From Methanocaldococcus sp. 28A (GTDB lineage: Archaea; AGJL01; Methanococci; Methanococcales; Methanocaldococcaceae), in assembly GCA_049852185.1 (NCBI GenBank), contig CP187540.1: 64,000 nt of DNA. The stretch is one strand, 5' to 3'. The notes under the pieces were generated by a model. It made no database searches, had not been told where the DNA came from, and was given only the letters and a program-made list of their open reading frames with translations. Position 1 is the stretch's first letter, and each line of letters begins with the position of its first letter. Shown here one piece after another: positions 41,342 through 53,845 of this stretch. The position numbers and the translations under genes are program-made.

Positions 41342-42007
<666 letters not shown>

Positions 42008-42020
42008 TCACCGTGAGAGT

Positions 42021-42533
42021 ATGATAGTTCGAACTAAGATAGTTCAGATAAAAGATTATTTCATAGGGATGGTATTTAAAGATAATCAATTAGTTAGGAA
42101 TACAATCCCTCTAAGAAGAGAAGAGTTATTTAAATTTTTCAATGGAGAGATTAGTAGGGAGTGTAAATATTTAAGAGTGGCAGAAATTATATTAAAACTA
42201 TATCTTGGAAAAATGAATGATAAAGAAGCAAGAAAATTAATAGATTACAAATTAGAAGTCTCAGAATTTACAAAAAAGGTTTTAGATGTCGTTAAAGATA
42301 TAGAATTTGGAGAGGTATTAACTTATGGAGATATAGCCAAAAAAATAAACACTTCACCAAGAGCTGTTGGAAGGGCACTAAAAGCTAATCCTTTACCTTT
42401 AATAATCCCTTGCCATAGAGTTGTTGCTAAAAATTCTTTAGGCGGATATTTTTATGGTGTAGATAAGAAAAAATTTATCTTAGAGATGGAAAAAATTAGA
42501 AAAAATAGAAAAATAATAAAAAATAAACAGTAA
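42021..42533 (+). CDS. ogt: O6-methylguanine-DNA methyltransferase
   Basis: TYGDIA, SPRAVG, IPCHRVV. Confidence 0.93.
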   Translation: MIVRTKIVQIKDYFIGMVFKDNQLVRNTIPLRREELFKFFNGEISRECKYLRVAEIILKLYLGKMNDKEARKLIDYKLEVSEFTKKVLDVVKDIEFGEVLTYGDIAKKINTSPRAVGRALKANPLPLIIPCHRVVAKNSLGGYFYGVDKKKFILEMEKIRKNRKIIKNKQ

Positions 42534-42542
42534 AAAATAACA

Positions 42543-42792
42543 GGGGTCTGTCCAATATGGACAAATATAGACAAACGTCCATATTGGACTTGGGCGTCAT
42601 CAGCCTCATCTCCCTCTGGGTTCATCGGGAGCATATCATTGGTCTCCGCCCCTGTCATGGACATAAAAACCGTAAGGTTTTTAAGTTCTCGTCGCTTCGC
42701 TCCGAGAGAACCCCAGCTCCTCCCATCAATTAATATTCGATAATAACTGCCACTCTTGGGACTCCATTTTACTCCCGCATCTGGGGCAGTTA
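42543..42792 (-). ncRNA. Candidate omega-RNA/sotRNA scaffold, longer variant
   Basis: GC-rich; shares GGAGCTGGGGT, GACAGGGGC.GAGACC, ATGAACCCAGAGGG and TGATGACGCCCAAGTCCAA with copy 1. Confidence 0.55.
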
Positions 42793-42892
42793 TAATCCTC
42801 ATTTCTTATATATACCCACATATAAATCTTTCGGTAATGAAAATCTATAAATGTCTATATTTGTCTATGGAAAATTAAACAGTTCCAAACGG
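42543..42892 (-). mobile_element. Non-autonomous IS607-like mini-element, copy 2
   Basis: GG at both junctions on + strand; same ends, promoter and CPRCGSKMESQE remnant as copy 1; phased ATAGACA motifs at the left end. Confidence 0.8.
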
Positions 42893-42897
42893 CAATT

Positions 42898-43011
42898 TAT
42901 AGTTGTGTGCAAAATAAAATAAACTTTTATAAGGACAATTTGAATGCCTTCCATAATGAAGGCATTCACTAATTCCTTATTTTATTTAAAAAACTTTTGC
43001 ACACAACTATA
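42898..43011. repeat. Family A repeat
   Basis: Perfect 17-bp TIR, directly beside mini-element copy 2. Confidence 0.85.
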
Positions 43012-43027
43012 ATTAATTAGTGGGAAC

Positions 43028-43498
43028 ATGATAATAAGAAAATTTACATCTAATGATTTAGATGCTGTTGAAGAAATTGAAAAAGAAGCATTTAAAACTC
43101 CTTATCCTACTGAGTTAATTTTAGGAATATGGGCTATGTATCCAAACTGTTTTTATGTGGCAGAAGTTGATAGAAAAGTTGTTGGCTATATTTTAGGAAG
43201 TATGGATTGGGGAAATGGACATATTGTATCTTTAGCAGTAAAAAAGGAATATAGAGGACTTGGAATAGGAACGGCTTTATTAAAAACATTAGAAAACTAT
43301 TATTTCAATGTAGCTAATTGTAATTATATAGTTTTGGAGGTTAGAGTTTCAAACATTGTTGCAAGAAAATTTTATTATAAGATGGGTTATAAAGATAGAA
43401 AGCTCCTTCCAAAATATTATGAAGATGGAGAAGATGCCATACTAATGATAAAAAAGAAACCTAATGCTTTAGGACCATTAATAATAACCTTATGGTGA
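43028..43498 (+). CDS. RimI/Ard1-like N-acetyltransferase
   Basis: GHIVSLAV...RGLGIG, LEVRVSN..A..FY, YYEDGEDA. Confidence 0.9.
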   Translation: MIIRKFTSNDLDAVEEIEKEAFKTPYPTELILGIWAMYPNCFYVAEVDRKVVGYILGSMDWGNGHIVSLAVKKEYRGLGIGTALLKTLENYYFNVANCNYIVLEVRVSNIVARKFYYKMGYKDRKLLPKYYEDGEDAILMIKKKPNALGPLIITLW

Positions 43499-43504
43499 TT
43501 TAAA

Positions 43505-44218
43505 ATGATAATAATTCCTGCAGTTGATTTAAAAGATAAAAAGTGTGTTCAATTAATTCAAGGAGACCCTAATAAAAAGCATTTGGAGATAGATAATCCA
43601 GTCGAAGTTGCTAAAAAATTTGTAAATGAAGGGGCTGAGTATTTGCACATAGTTGATTTAGATGCTGCATTGGGGAGTGGGAATAACAGAGATATTATTA
43701 AAAATATTATAAAAGAAGTTAATGTGCCTGTTGAAGTTGGAGGAGGAATTAGAAGCTTAGAGATAGCAAAAGAATTAGTAAATATTGGAGTTGATAGAAT
43801 TGTAGTAGGAACTAAGGCAATTTTAGAGCCAAAATTTATAGATGAGTTAAATAAAGAGATTGGAAAGGATAGGATTGTTTTAGCTGTAGAATGTAAAAAT
43901 GGAAAAGTAGCAGTTAAAGGATGGAAAGAAACTATTGATAAAACTCCAATTCAAGTTATTAAAAAATTTGAAGATAAAATTGGCTATATATTATTTACAA
44001 ATGTAGATGTTGAAGGTTTGTTAAAAGGAATAAATATTAATGTAATTAAAGAAATAATAGATAAAACAGACATTCCTATTATTTATTCTGGTGGAATTAC
44101 TACCTTAGAGGATATAAAAGCATTAAAAGAACTTGGCATTCATGGAGTAGTTATTGGTTCAGCGCTATATAAAGGGTTGATTGATTTAAAGGAGGCTATA
44201 AAAATAGCTAAAAGTTAA
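43505..44218 (+). CDS. hisA: ProFAR isomerase
   Basis: IIPAVDL..KCVQL.QG, LHIVDLD, VGGGIR, YSGG. Confidence 0.95.
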   Translation: MIIIPAVDLKDKKCVQLIQGDPNKKHLEIDNPVEVAKKFVNEGAEYLHIVDLDAALGSGNNRDIIKNIIKEVNVPVEVGGGIRSLEIAKELVNIGVDRIVVGTKAILEPKFIDELNKEIGKDRIVLAVECKNGKVAVKGWKETIDKTPIQVIKKFEDKIGYILFTNVDVEGLLKGININVIKEIIDKTDIPIIYSGGITTLEDIKALKELGIHGVVIGSALYKGLIDLKEAIKIAKS

Positions 44219-44263
44219 AAACCACAAAACGTAGTTTCTATTTAAATACAATTCTATTTAAAA

Positions 44264-46177
44264 TCACTGAATATCCACATATATATCCCTACCCTCATCC
44301 ATTGCATCTAAAAGTTCTTTACCTACCTTTGTTTTTTTGTTTATCCTTACTGTTCCATCATTTCTAACAGTTACAGTTGTTAATAACTTTCCATCTATGT
44401 ATATCTTTATATTCTCTCCTGCAAAGTCTTCTCCAACATCCACAATTACATATTTATCAGTTTCATAAATCTTTGTTGATTCAAGCTCATTTACAAATTC
44501 ATACTTTCTATATATTCTTTCTAAATCTTTTTCTTCTTCTTTTTCCTTTTCTTTGACTGAAATCTTTAATCCAAGCATGTCTTCTAATTTTGATATCTCT
44601 CTACCACCTTTACCTATAATTGCTCCAACATATTTCTCTGGAACAATTAAATCAATTGAATTATCTCCAGTAACTTTTACCATTGGCTTGGCTTTTCTTG
44701 GAAGGAGTTTTTTCAATATCTCCTCCAATTTCTCTTCAGCATATCCATATATTGGTGCTTTTTTAGTATCTTCTCCTTTAATTGGCATAACAACTACTTG
44801 CTCTCCATAGGTATAGATTTCATACTCAACTTTTCCAGTTTCAAAGTCTTTAACTTCAATAACTGGCCTTGCCAAATCTTCTTCAACCATTCCATAAGGC
44901 ACTTTAACTGTAAAGTCTATTTCATAAACCTTCTGTATTTTTCCATCCTTTATGAATATCACTGTATCAACAACTTGCGGAATAACTCCAAGCTCAACTC
45001 TCCCAATTAATCTTTGTATAGCATCTATTGGTTTTGAGGCATGAACTACCCCAACCATTCCTACTCCAGCCATTCTCATGTCTGCAAATATCTCAAAGTC
45101 TCTTGTCTTTCTAACTTCATCATAAATTGTGTAATCTGGTCTAACTAACAATAATATGTCGCAAGTCTTTTCCATATCTCCTTCCAATGGGGCATATTGA
45201 GTTATTTCCTTACTAACCTGTAAATCTCTTGGACTTTCCATTGTCTTAACTATCTTTCCTTGACTTCTATAAAACTCTGCTAAAGCAGCAACAAATGTAG
45301 ATTTTCCGCTTCCTGGAGGTCCTGAGACAAAAATCCCTTCTGCTCTTTCTTTTAATCTCTGCATTAATTTCTCTGACAATCCATAATCCTCCAATGAAGC
45401 TTTAACTACTGGTCTAACTGCTGTAACTTCCAAAGCCTCAGAAAATGGAGGTCTTGCAATTGAAATCCTGATATTACCTAACTGAATAACTGTAGCTCCT
45501 TTTCTCTGAATTTCAAAGAATCCATTGTTTTGTTCAGCATACTTTATAATGTTGTCAATAATCTCTTCCATTTCTTCTTTAGTTAGCTCTTTATCTCCAA
45601 TAGGTACAAGCTTTACAGCTCCTGGCTTACCTTTTTTAGCATAAGGATGACAACCCTCTTTTAAATGCACAGACATTGTTTCTTCATCAAAGTATTTATC
45701 TAATACAAGCTCAACTTCTTCTTCCATAGCTTCTAAGAAGTATGCTTCAATACCCTGTGCTTTAGCTAAGTTGTACTGAATCCAATCACTTGTTAATAAT
45801 ATAGAGTTTGTCTCTTTAGCTACTTTTCTAATCATTGCATCTATCTCTCCACTTTTTGCTAAAAATATCTCTTCTCTTGTAGGTCTTTCTCCAAAGTATT
45901 CAACTTTAATGTTATGTTCGTTAGCTTTCTCTATTAATTTTCTAAGCTCTTCGATTCCTTTATATCCAATTTCTCTTCCCATATTTGCTTGATATTCTAA
46001 TTCAGATATTACAGCCTCTGGAATAATTATTGTAGCATCTTTTAATTTGTTTTTTTCAATTAATTCAGTTATTCTGCCATCTATAACTACACATGTATCA
46101 ACACAAACCTTTTTTCCGATTAAATCTAATTCATCTATAGACTTTGTTTCCATTTTCTTTCTTTCTTCAAGATTCAT
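44264..46177 (-). CDS. PIN-domain/VirB11-like ATPase with KH domain (PINA family)
   Basis: N-terminal PIN (VDTCVVIDG), GPPGSGKST, YDEVR, C-terminal KH (IIGKGG); exact start uncertain. Confidence 0.88.
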   Translation of the reverse strand: MNLEERKKMETKSIDELDLIGKKVCVDTCVVIDGRITELIEKNKLKDATIIIPEAVISELEYQANMGREIGYKGIEELRKLIEKANEHNIKVEYFGERPTREEIFLAKSGEIDAMIRKVAKETNSILLTSDWIQYNLAKAQGIEAYFLEAMEEEVELVLDKYFDEETMSVHLKEGCHPYAKKGKPGAVKLVPIGDKELTKEEMEEIIDNIIKYAEQNNGFFEIQRKGATVIQLGNIRISIARPPFSEALEVTAVRPVVKASLEDYGLSEKLMQRLKERAEGIFVSGPPGSGKSTFVAALAEFYRSQGKIVKTMESPRDLQVSKEITQYAPLEGDMEKTCDILLLVRPDYTIYDEVRKTRDFEIFADMRMAGVGMVGVVHASKPIDAIQRLIGRVELGVIPQVVDTVIFIKDGKIQKVYEIDFTVKVPYGMVEEDLARPVIEVKDFETGKVEYEIYTYGEQVVVMPIKGEDTKKAPIYGYAEEKLEEILKKLLPRKAKPMVKVTGDNSIDLIVPEKYVGAIIGKGGREISKLEDMLGLKISVKEKEKEEEKDLERIYRKYEFVNELESTKIYETDKYVIVDVGEDFAGENIKIYIDGKLLTTVTVRNDGTVRINKKTKVGKELLDAMDEGRDIYVDIQ

Positions 46178-46409
46178 ACATGTCACCTTCAATAAATATG
46201 ATTTAGAATTAAGATGATGAATTGAACAATTACAATTATATTATTTAAATGGTTTTGCCATTTAAACATTTTTTTAGAATTAAATATTTTTTTAGATAAA
46301 TTAATAACCCCTATCAGAAATTTTTACCTCTATAAATATTTTTCGATTTGTAGTAAATAGAAAACTTAATTATTATATAAAATGGTAATATAATAATTGT
46401 TGTGAATAC

Positions 46410-46502
46410 ACAGGACTTTCGCAGGAATAAATATATTTGTATGAAAAGATTTCTAAAGGTGTCAAAGTTCTAAAATAATAAAATTAATTGCGAAAGTCCT
46501 GT
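46410..46502. repeat. Family B copy directly upstream of mer
   Basis: ACAGGACTTTCGCA...TGCGAAAGTCCTGT, perfect 14-bp inverted repeat. Confidence 0.85.
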
Positions 46503-46504
46503 AA

Positions 46505-47521
<1,017 letters not shown>

Positions 47522-47589
47522 ATTAAGAGAATAAAACTCCCTAAATTTTTTCTTTTTTATCTTCTTTTATCTTTTTTAGTATAATATCT

Positions 47590-47652
47590 ATGAAAAAGCT
47601 ATTTTTTATTTTTATAATTGCTGTTTTGCTGTTTGGATGCATTACAAAATAA
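47590..47652 (+). pseudogene. Remnant of a lipoprotein gene (signal peptide only)
   Basis: MKKLFFIFIIAVLLFGCITK*, with lipobox LFGC followed by a stop. Confidence 0.45.
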
Positions 47653-47785
47653 AACAAAAAATATAATAATGAAATAATAATGAAATAAATTATATCAAAA
47701 CAAATAAAACTTTAAAAAAATGAAAATTTGTTTCAATAGGTTTTTCTCATGAATAAACATTCAGAAGCCTAAGAAAAGACTCTTC

Positions 47786-48865
47786 TTAATCTAAAATTTT
47801 ATATAAAGTAGTTCTTTCTTTGGGGATTAGCCCTACTCTTCTAATCATATCTTTAATTTCTTCAACACTCATATAAACACCATGTTCAGCTCCAGCACTT
47901 CTTGATATATTCTCCTCTATTAAAGTTCCTCCTACATCATTAGCTCCACATCTTAAAGCAACTTGAACCATCTTTTTTCCCAATTTAACCCATGATGCCT
48001 GGATGTTTTTTATTAATCCTTTAAATATTATTCTACTGATTGCATATACTTTTAAATCTTCAATCCCTGTAGCCCCAGCTCTTGCTTTTCCTTCTTTATA
48101 GATTGGAGCAAATTTATACATAAAAGAGAGAGGAACAAATTCAGTAAAGCCATGAGTTTCTTTTTGAATTTCTCTAATTATAAAAAGATGATTAACTATA
48201 TGTTTATACTCTTCGATATGTCCATACATAATAGTAGCTGTTGTAGGAATTCCTAATTTATGAGCTTCTTTAATTATATAAATCCACTCTTTAGTTTTTA
48301 TTTTATTTGGACAAAGTTCAGCTCTTATTTCGTCATCTAAAATCTCTGCCGCAGTTCCTGGCATAGAGTTGAGACCATTTTCTTTTAATATTTTTAATGC
48401 TTCTTTAATATCTAAGCCAGCATTTTCTGCTCCAAAATAAACTTCCATAGGTGAAAATGCGTGAATATGTATGTTTCCATAAGGTTTTGTAGCTTCATGA
48501 ACAGCTTTTAAAATCTCTGCTTGATAATAGGTGTCTATCTTAGGATGCAATCCTCCCTGAATACATACTTCAGTACAACCAAATTTTTTTGCCTCTACAG
48601 CTCTTTTAGCAATTTCATCAATATCTAAAAAATAAGCATGTTTATCATTTTCATTAGCCCTGAAAGCACAAAATTTGCAGTTTCCAATACAAATGTTTGT
48701 AAAGTTTATATTTCTATTTACCACATAGGTAACTACATCTCCAACTTCTTCTCTTCTCAGAGAATCTGCAAATTTAAACAGGTCAAATATATTTTCATTA
48801 TCTTCAAACAACTCTAAAGCTTCTTTTTTTGAGATTTCTTTTTCTTTAAATTTTTCAAAATCCAT
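47786..48865 (-). CDS. cofH: FO synthase subunit 2 (radical SAM)
   Basis: VTYVVNRNINFTNICIGNCKFC, SMPGTAAEIL, NIQASWVKLG. Confidence 0.94.
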   Translation of the reverse strand: MDFEKFKEKEISKKEALELFEDNENIFDLFKFADSLRREEVGDVVTYVVNRNINFTNICIGNCKFCAFRANENDKHAYFLDIDEIAKRAVEAKKFGCTEVCIQGGLHPKIDTYYQAEILKAVHEATKPYGNIHIHAFSPMEVYFGAENAGLDIKEALKILKENGLNSMPGTAAEILDDEIRAELCPNKIKTKEWIYIIKEAHKLGIPTTATIMYGHIEEYKHIVNHLFIIREIQKETHGFTEFVPLSFMYKFAPIYKEGKARAGATGIEDLKVYAISRIIFKGLIKNIQASWVKLGKKMVQVALRCGANDVGGTLIEENISRSAGAEHGVYMSVEEIKDMIRRVGLIPKERTTLYKILD

Positions 48866-48909
48866 AGTTTCACACTTGAATATTTTTAATTAATATAAAA
48901 ATAAATTAA

Positions 48910-49311
48910 TTACTTCTTATTTTTCATTTTTTCATTGGAATAATATTCTTCAGTTATTTTTAATTCTCCATTCTCTATTTTGTAATGGAAGCAGGAATAA
49001 TAACCTTCATGGCATGCTACTCCTTTCTGTTCAACGATAAATAATAAAGCATCCCCATCACAATCTCTATAAAATCTCTTTAATTTTTGGACATTTCCAC
49101 TCTCTTCTCCTTTTTTCCATAATTTTTTCCTACTTGTTGAATAGTAGTGCATATAACCTGTTTTTAATGTTTCTTTTAATGCCTCTTCATTCATAAATGC
49201 TGTCATTAATACATTTTTGTTTTCATCACAGGTTATTGCTAATATTAATTTTTCTCCCTCTATATTTCTAAATTTTAAGTTTAATTTTTTAATTATCTCA
49301 TCAATATCCAT
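48910..49311 (-). CDS. hisI: Phosphoribosyl-AMP cyclohydrolase
   Basis: YYSTSR..LW.KGEESGN.Q, DCDGD, ACHEG..SCF. Confidence 0.95.
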   Translation of the reverse strand: MDIDEIIKKLNLKFRNIEGEKLILAITCDENKNVLMTAFMNEEALKETLKTGYMHYYSTSRKKLWKKGEESGNVQKLKRFYRDCDGDALLFIVEQKGVACHEGYYSCFHYKIENGELKITEEYYSNEKMKNKK

Positions 49312-49316
49312 AAAAA

Positions 49317-50822
49317 TCACCAGTCATCTAAGCCCAACCATTCTCCAACTATATTTATATCTTTCCCACCATATATTCCATCAAATTTATCAATTTTAAC
49401 TATTGATGGGAGAGATATTGCTGTTCCAACGATAATAGCCTCCCCAATACCTAATGAAGCTAAGTCTTTCACTAAATCTTCTCCCAATTCTTCTGAAGCT
49501 CTCTGAATATATTTTTGGTCTTCTGGTTCTACTATCTTTAAGATTATTTTAGTGTTTGTTTGAGATAAAACATCAGGATGTAGTTGCTTAGGTCTTTGAG
49601 ATACTAATCCCAAACCAATTCCAAATTTTCTACCCTCTCTTGCTATTTTTCCTAACCATAAACTTGCTGAGGTTTGTTCATTTATTGGGATGAATATGTG
49701 TGCCTCTTCAACTATAATTAATAGTGGCCTTGTAACAATTTTATAGTGTTCTTTAATAGTTCTTAGATTAGATAAAGCTATTGTTTTTATTTTTTCATTT
49801 GGATAATTTACATCTTTTAATGATTTTAAGTATAATACTCTTTTTGATAGAATATGTTTCGCTATAAAGCTGACAAGAGTTATCATCTGATGAACCTCTA
49901 ATCCACTTAAATTAACAACATTTATTTTTCCAATTTCAAATTCTTCAATCATATCTTTGTCTCCAATATACAAAGCAAAATCTATCATAAACTTACCGAT
50001 AATATCATATAAAGAAATAATATTAATAAAATCTTTTTCTCCAGGTTTTCGTCTGTCATATTTTCTTTTTAGAGGGTTGTAGTATTTAATTTCCCATCCA
50101 ACTTCTGCTGATTTACTCCATTCGTACAACAAATTTTCTAACTTTTCAATAAACTCCATTCCCCTAATATTTGGGAATTCTTTTTTTACTGTATGATAAG
50201 CATATTCAAGATAAACTCTTTTATCAAAGTCATCTTTTTGTAATCCAATTAAATCAGAAAGTTCTTCTGGAGATAATATTGAAGGATTTATTATAGGATG
50301 AATTACTTTAACCTTTCCTTCTAAATCTTCATGATATAAAGTAGAATATTCACCATGAGGGTCCAAAACAATTAAACTTGCATTCTTTTTCCCCAATTCT
50401 TTACATAAAACAGCTACTGTGTTTGATTTACCTCCCCCAGTTACAGCCAAAACTGCAAAATGTCTTGAAATAAGTTTATTTGTGTCTAAATAAACTCTAA
50501 CATTTTCCCTTGTTAATAAATGTCCAATATTTAATCCATTTTTAGCATAGAAAATATTATTTAAAATTAGGTCATCACAAAATTTAACTTCTCCATTGGG
50601 TTTAATTGGACTTCTATTTACAGATATTTTATTGTTATTTAAAACGCCTATAACTTTTGCTTCACAAATAAACTTATCATCATTTTCAGCAACAACATTT
50701 TTTACAATTGCTAAAACATCTTCATCATCAGTATTTTTTGCAATAACATACTCCCCAAACCTTACTTTCTCTAAAGATTCAAAGGTAAAATTTGAATTTG
50801 TGGTTTTTCCAGTTACCTTCAT
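49317..50822 (-). CDS. HerA/FtsK-family ATPase
   Basis: N-terminal HAS-like barrel, [37 protein letters not shown]. Confidence 0.9.
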   Translation of the reverse strand: MKVTGKTTNSNFTFESLEKVRFGEYVIAKNTDDEDVLAIVKNVVAENDDKFICEAKVIGVLNNNKISVNRSPIKPNGEVKFCDDLILNNIFYAKNGLNIGHLLTRENVRVYLDTNKLISRHFAVLAVTGGGKSNTVAVLCKELGKKNASLIVLDPHGEYSTLYHEDLEGKVKVIHPIINPSILSPEELSDLIGLQKDDFDKRVYLEYAYHTVKKEFPNIRGMEFIEKLENLLYEWSKSAEVGWEIKYYNPLKRKYDRRKPGEKDFINIISLYDIIGKFMIDFALYIGDKDMIEEFEIGKINVVNLSGLEVHQMITLVSFIAKHILSKRVLYLKSLKDVNYPNEKIKTIALSNLRTIKEHYKIVTRPLLIIVEEAHIFIPINEQTSASLWLGKIAREGRKFGIGLGLVSQRPKQLHPDVLSQTNTKIILKIVEPEDQKYIQRASEELGEDLVKDLASLGIGEAIIVGTAISLPSIVKIDKFDGIYGGKDINIVGEWLGLDDW

Positions 50823-50854
50823 ATCTATCTCCCTAACATATAGAAATTAATAAT

Positions 50855-52573
50855 TTAAATGATAATTATCTTACTTAGTTCTTTTTTACATATTTCTAAA
50901 ATTTCCTCGCTTGGTTTATAATTGTTTAGGGATTCACAATACTTATACATTTCAATAGGTAACTTTTCTTTCAATTCTTTAATAAGTTTAAGAATAGCTT
51001 TTGATATTTCTTCATCTTCAATTTCTGTAATTATCTCTGACGTTTCAAGGTATGAAATATATATAAATGCTCCAATCGGATTTATATTAATATATCGGTA
51101 TAAGGTTGAAAGATGATATTGGATATGGTTTGGTTTATAATACATTACTGGAACATTTAATAGCGGGGAAGGAATTTCTAAGTTTGTTGGCTCTCTATTC
51201 ATTAATTTCTTAACTATTTCTTCAGCTTCATCATTTTGCAATAACTTTTTTAACTTCATAGCCATTGAAATAGCGTCATCAAACTTACCTGATTTTTCAT
51301 AGATAACTATTAGAGATTTCAATATATTAATATCATTTGAATCTATCCTTAATGCATTTATAAAGCATTCATGAGCTTCTTTATAATTTTTTAATTTGTA
51401 ATATATATATCCTTTAATTTTCCACCATTTGCTATTTTCTGGGTCTCTATCTAATAATTTGTTTATATATGATAGAGCTCCTTCATAATATTTTGAAATC
51501 TCAGTAATTTCTCCCAATCCAATTAATGAGTATATTGTTAAAACATCTATATCATTCTTAGATAAATCACTGTATGATTCCAATACCTTATCAAAAAAAA
51601 CTGTTGCTTTTTCAAAATCTTTTCTTTTATAATATAATATTGCTAAACCAAAATAAGCATAAATATTAGGATATAACTCTATAGATTTTTTATAGCAAGC
51701 TTCAGCTTCTAAACTATCCATTTTGCTTAAAATATCTCCTTTTTTAGCATAATATATACTTTTTTTTAATATAGATATTGCTTTATCTATATATTTAAGT
51801 GCTTTCTGATAATCTTCAAAAATCTCAGATACTACACTTTTGTAATAATAAGCAAAATCATTGGTATTATCTATTGAGATTACTTTATTAAAATGTTTTA
51901 AGGCATTTATATAATCCCCTTTATCTAACATTCTAATTCCAAACTCTATATTTTCATAAATATCAGTGTTTATAATTTCAATAATTTTTTCCATATAATC
52001 AACAATTTTCTTACATTTATGATTAGGTTCTTTTTCTAAAATTTCTTTAAATAATTTATAAGCATTATCTATATCTCCCAATAGTAAAGATATTTTTCCG
52101 GCCATATACAATGCATCAATATTATTTTCGTTTAATTTATATGCTTTTAAGTAATAATCTAAGGCCTCTTTATATTTTTTAAATTTTAATGAGAGCTCTC
52201 CTAATACTTCATACAAATCACTTTTCTTTATTTTCGTTGAAGCTTTAATAAAGCATTTATATGCTTCTTCAAAATTTTTAAGTTTGTAGAGTATAGAACC
52301 CTTCAAATACAAAAATTCTGGATTTTCAGATGATAGATGTAATGCTTTATTTATTGCTTCAAGGGCCTTTTCATAATTATTTAAATTATAATATGCATAA
52401 GAGAGATTAGCCCAGTCTATTGCTCTCATATTATTAGTTTTTATAGCTTTTAGATAACATTCTATTGCTTTTTCATAATTTTCTTCATCTAAATATCTCT
52501 CTGCTTTTATAATCCAATCATACGAATTTTCATTGTATATTAATACATTCAAAAATTTTTTAAGTGGTCCCAT
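50855..52573 (-). CDS. Tetratricopeptide repeat protein
   Basis: Many 34-aa A..C(Y/F)..A/KG repeats. Confidence 0.9.
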   Translation of the reverse strand: MGPLKKFLNVLIYNENSYDWIIKAERYLDEENYEKAIECYLKAIKTNNMRAIDWANLSYAYYNLNNYEKALEAINKALHLSSENPEFLYLKGSILYKLKNFEEAYKCFIKASTKIKKSDLYEVLGELSLKFKKYKEALDYYLKAYKLNENNIDALYMAGKISLLLGDIDNAYKLFKEILEKEPNHKCKKIVDYMEKIIEIINTDIYENIEFGIRMLDKGDYINALKHFNKVISIDNTNDFAYYYKSVVSEIFEDYQKALKYIDKAISILKKSIYYAKKGDILSKMDSLEAEACYKKSIELYPNIYAYFGLAILYYKRKDFEKATVFFDKVLESYSDLSKNDIDVLTIYSLIGLGEITEISKYYEGALSYINKLLDRDPENSKWWKIKGYIYYKLKNYKEAHECFINALRIDSNDINILKSLIVIYEKSGKFDDAISMAMKLKKLLQNDEAEEIVKKLMNREPTNLEIPSPLLNVPVMYYKPNHIQYHLSTLYRYININPIGAFIYISYLETSEIITEIEDEEISKAILKLIKELKEKLPIEMYKYCESLNNYKPSEEILEICKKELSKIIII

Positions 52574-52579
52574 AATTCC

Positions 52580-53569
52580 TCACCAAATTTTATGTCCAAC
52601 GTTATTTGCTTTAGTTATGATTATATCTCCATAACTTCCATATTTATCAAAAACTTCATTAGCTTTTTCAATAATTAATTTTTTATTCTCAAAGGCATAA
52701 ATTGTTGGACCAAAACTTGAAAGTCCTGCATAAACATTTTCATTATGTAATTCTTTAATTAAATCTTTGACAATATCTGACTGTAAATTAAGTTCAACTT
52801 TTTTAAAGCCTAAATATTGAAGTTTATTAACAACATCTCCAAAATCATCTAAATTTTTTTCAATAACTGCAGGCATCATCTTCATTAAAACTAAATGGCA
52901 GATTTTTTCAACTTCATTTAAAGGAACTGGACAGTATTTTTTAAATATATCTACTTCTTTTTTTCCATAAACATTTTTTCCTTTTGGTATTATTAAGATA
53001 GTCTCCCAATAAAAATCATGTCTAAATATTATGGGTGCTGGTTTAACGCCTTTTGAAGCTGAAGATGGTTTAAAATCCTCCTTATCTTTACCTTTACCAA
53101 AACTATGCCCTCCGTCAATTAAAAATCCTCCATATTCAAAAGCTCCTATCCCAATGCCTGACGTTCCTCCCCTCCCAGTAATTTTAGCTAATTCATAGGC
53201 GTTCATATCTTTATTATATATTTTTGTTATCAATTTACCAACAGCTAAAGATAGTTGAGTTCCACTACCTAAACCAGAATGAGCTGGAAATAACGATAAG
53301 ATTTTTAAATCAATCCCTTCTCCATTAACAACTTCTAAAACCTTAGTGGCTGTGTTATATATCCTATCTTTAATAGATTTTAAATAACTGTAACCAAACT
53401 TTTCAATCAATTTTTTATCAAACTCAATATTTATTTCATCACTTTCTTTTCCCTCAATTTCTATATTTGGCTCTTCTAAAGCTAAACCAATACCTCCATC
53501 TACTCTTCCAATTGAACCATTTAAATCAATAAGTCCAATATGAATTCTTGATGGTGTTTGAATTATCAA
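52580..53569 (-). CDS. Beta-ribofuranosylaminobenzene 5'-phosphate (beta-RFA-P) synthase family, GHMP-like
   Basis: TPSRIHIGLID, HSGLGSGTQ, GRGGTSGIG, SSFGPT; probable TTG start. Confidence 0.88.
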   Translation of the reverse strand: MIIQTPSRIHIGLIDLNGSIGRVDGGIGLALEEPNIEIEGKESDEINIEFDKKLIEKFGYSYLKSIKDRIYNTATKVLEVVNGEGIDLKILSLFPAHSGLGSGTQLSLAVGKLITKIYNKDMNAYELAKITGRGGTSGIGIGAFEYGGFLIDGGHSFGKGKDKEDFKPSSASKGVKPAPIIFRHDFYWETILIIPKGKNVYGKKEVDIFKKYCPVPLNEVEKICHLVLMKMMPAVIEKNLDDFGDVVNKLQYLGFKKVELNLQSDIVKDLIKELHNENVYAGLSSFGPTIYAFENKKLIIEKANEVFDKYGSYGDIIITKANNVGHKIW

Positions 53570-53605
53570 AATCTCACCATTATTAATGTTTTAAAGATAA
53601 TAACA

Positions 53606-53798
53606 TAGGATTTTAGAGAAAATACTTTCTTAATGCATATTGGTATCCATTAGGTATCTAACTAAACATTCATTAAATTCATTAAATAAATATAAACTGC
53701 AAAACTCCTATAAAATTAAGGAATTAGAGAATGCCTTCTTTATGGAAGGTATTCAATATTTCCTTTTTAAAGTTTATTTTATTTTGCACACAACTATA
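53606..53798. repeat. Family B element (53606-53710) abutting a partial family A element
   Basis: TAGGA...CTGCAAAACTCCTA, then GAATGCCTTC...TTTTGCACACAACTATA. Confidence 0.7.
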
Positions 53799-53845
53799 AT
53801 TAGATGTTCTATAAATTATGAATAAAAAAATAAAAATTTTAGACT

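Noticed and set aside
42452-42802. 116-aa minus-strand ORF (MRIITAPDAG...)
   Set aside because: It runs through the mini-element and into ogt antisense. The tnpB-like CPRCG remnant is in a different frame, and copy 1 does not preserve this ORF.
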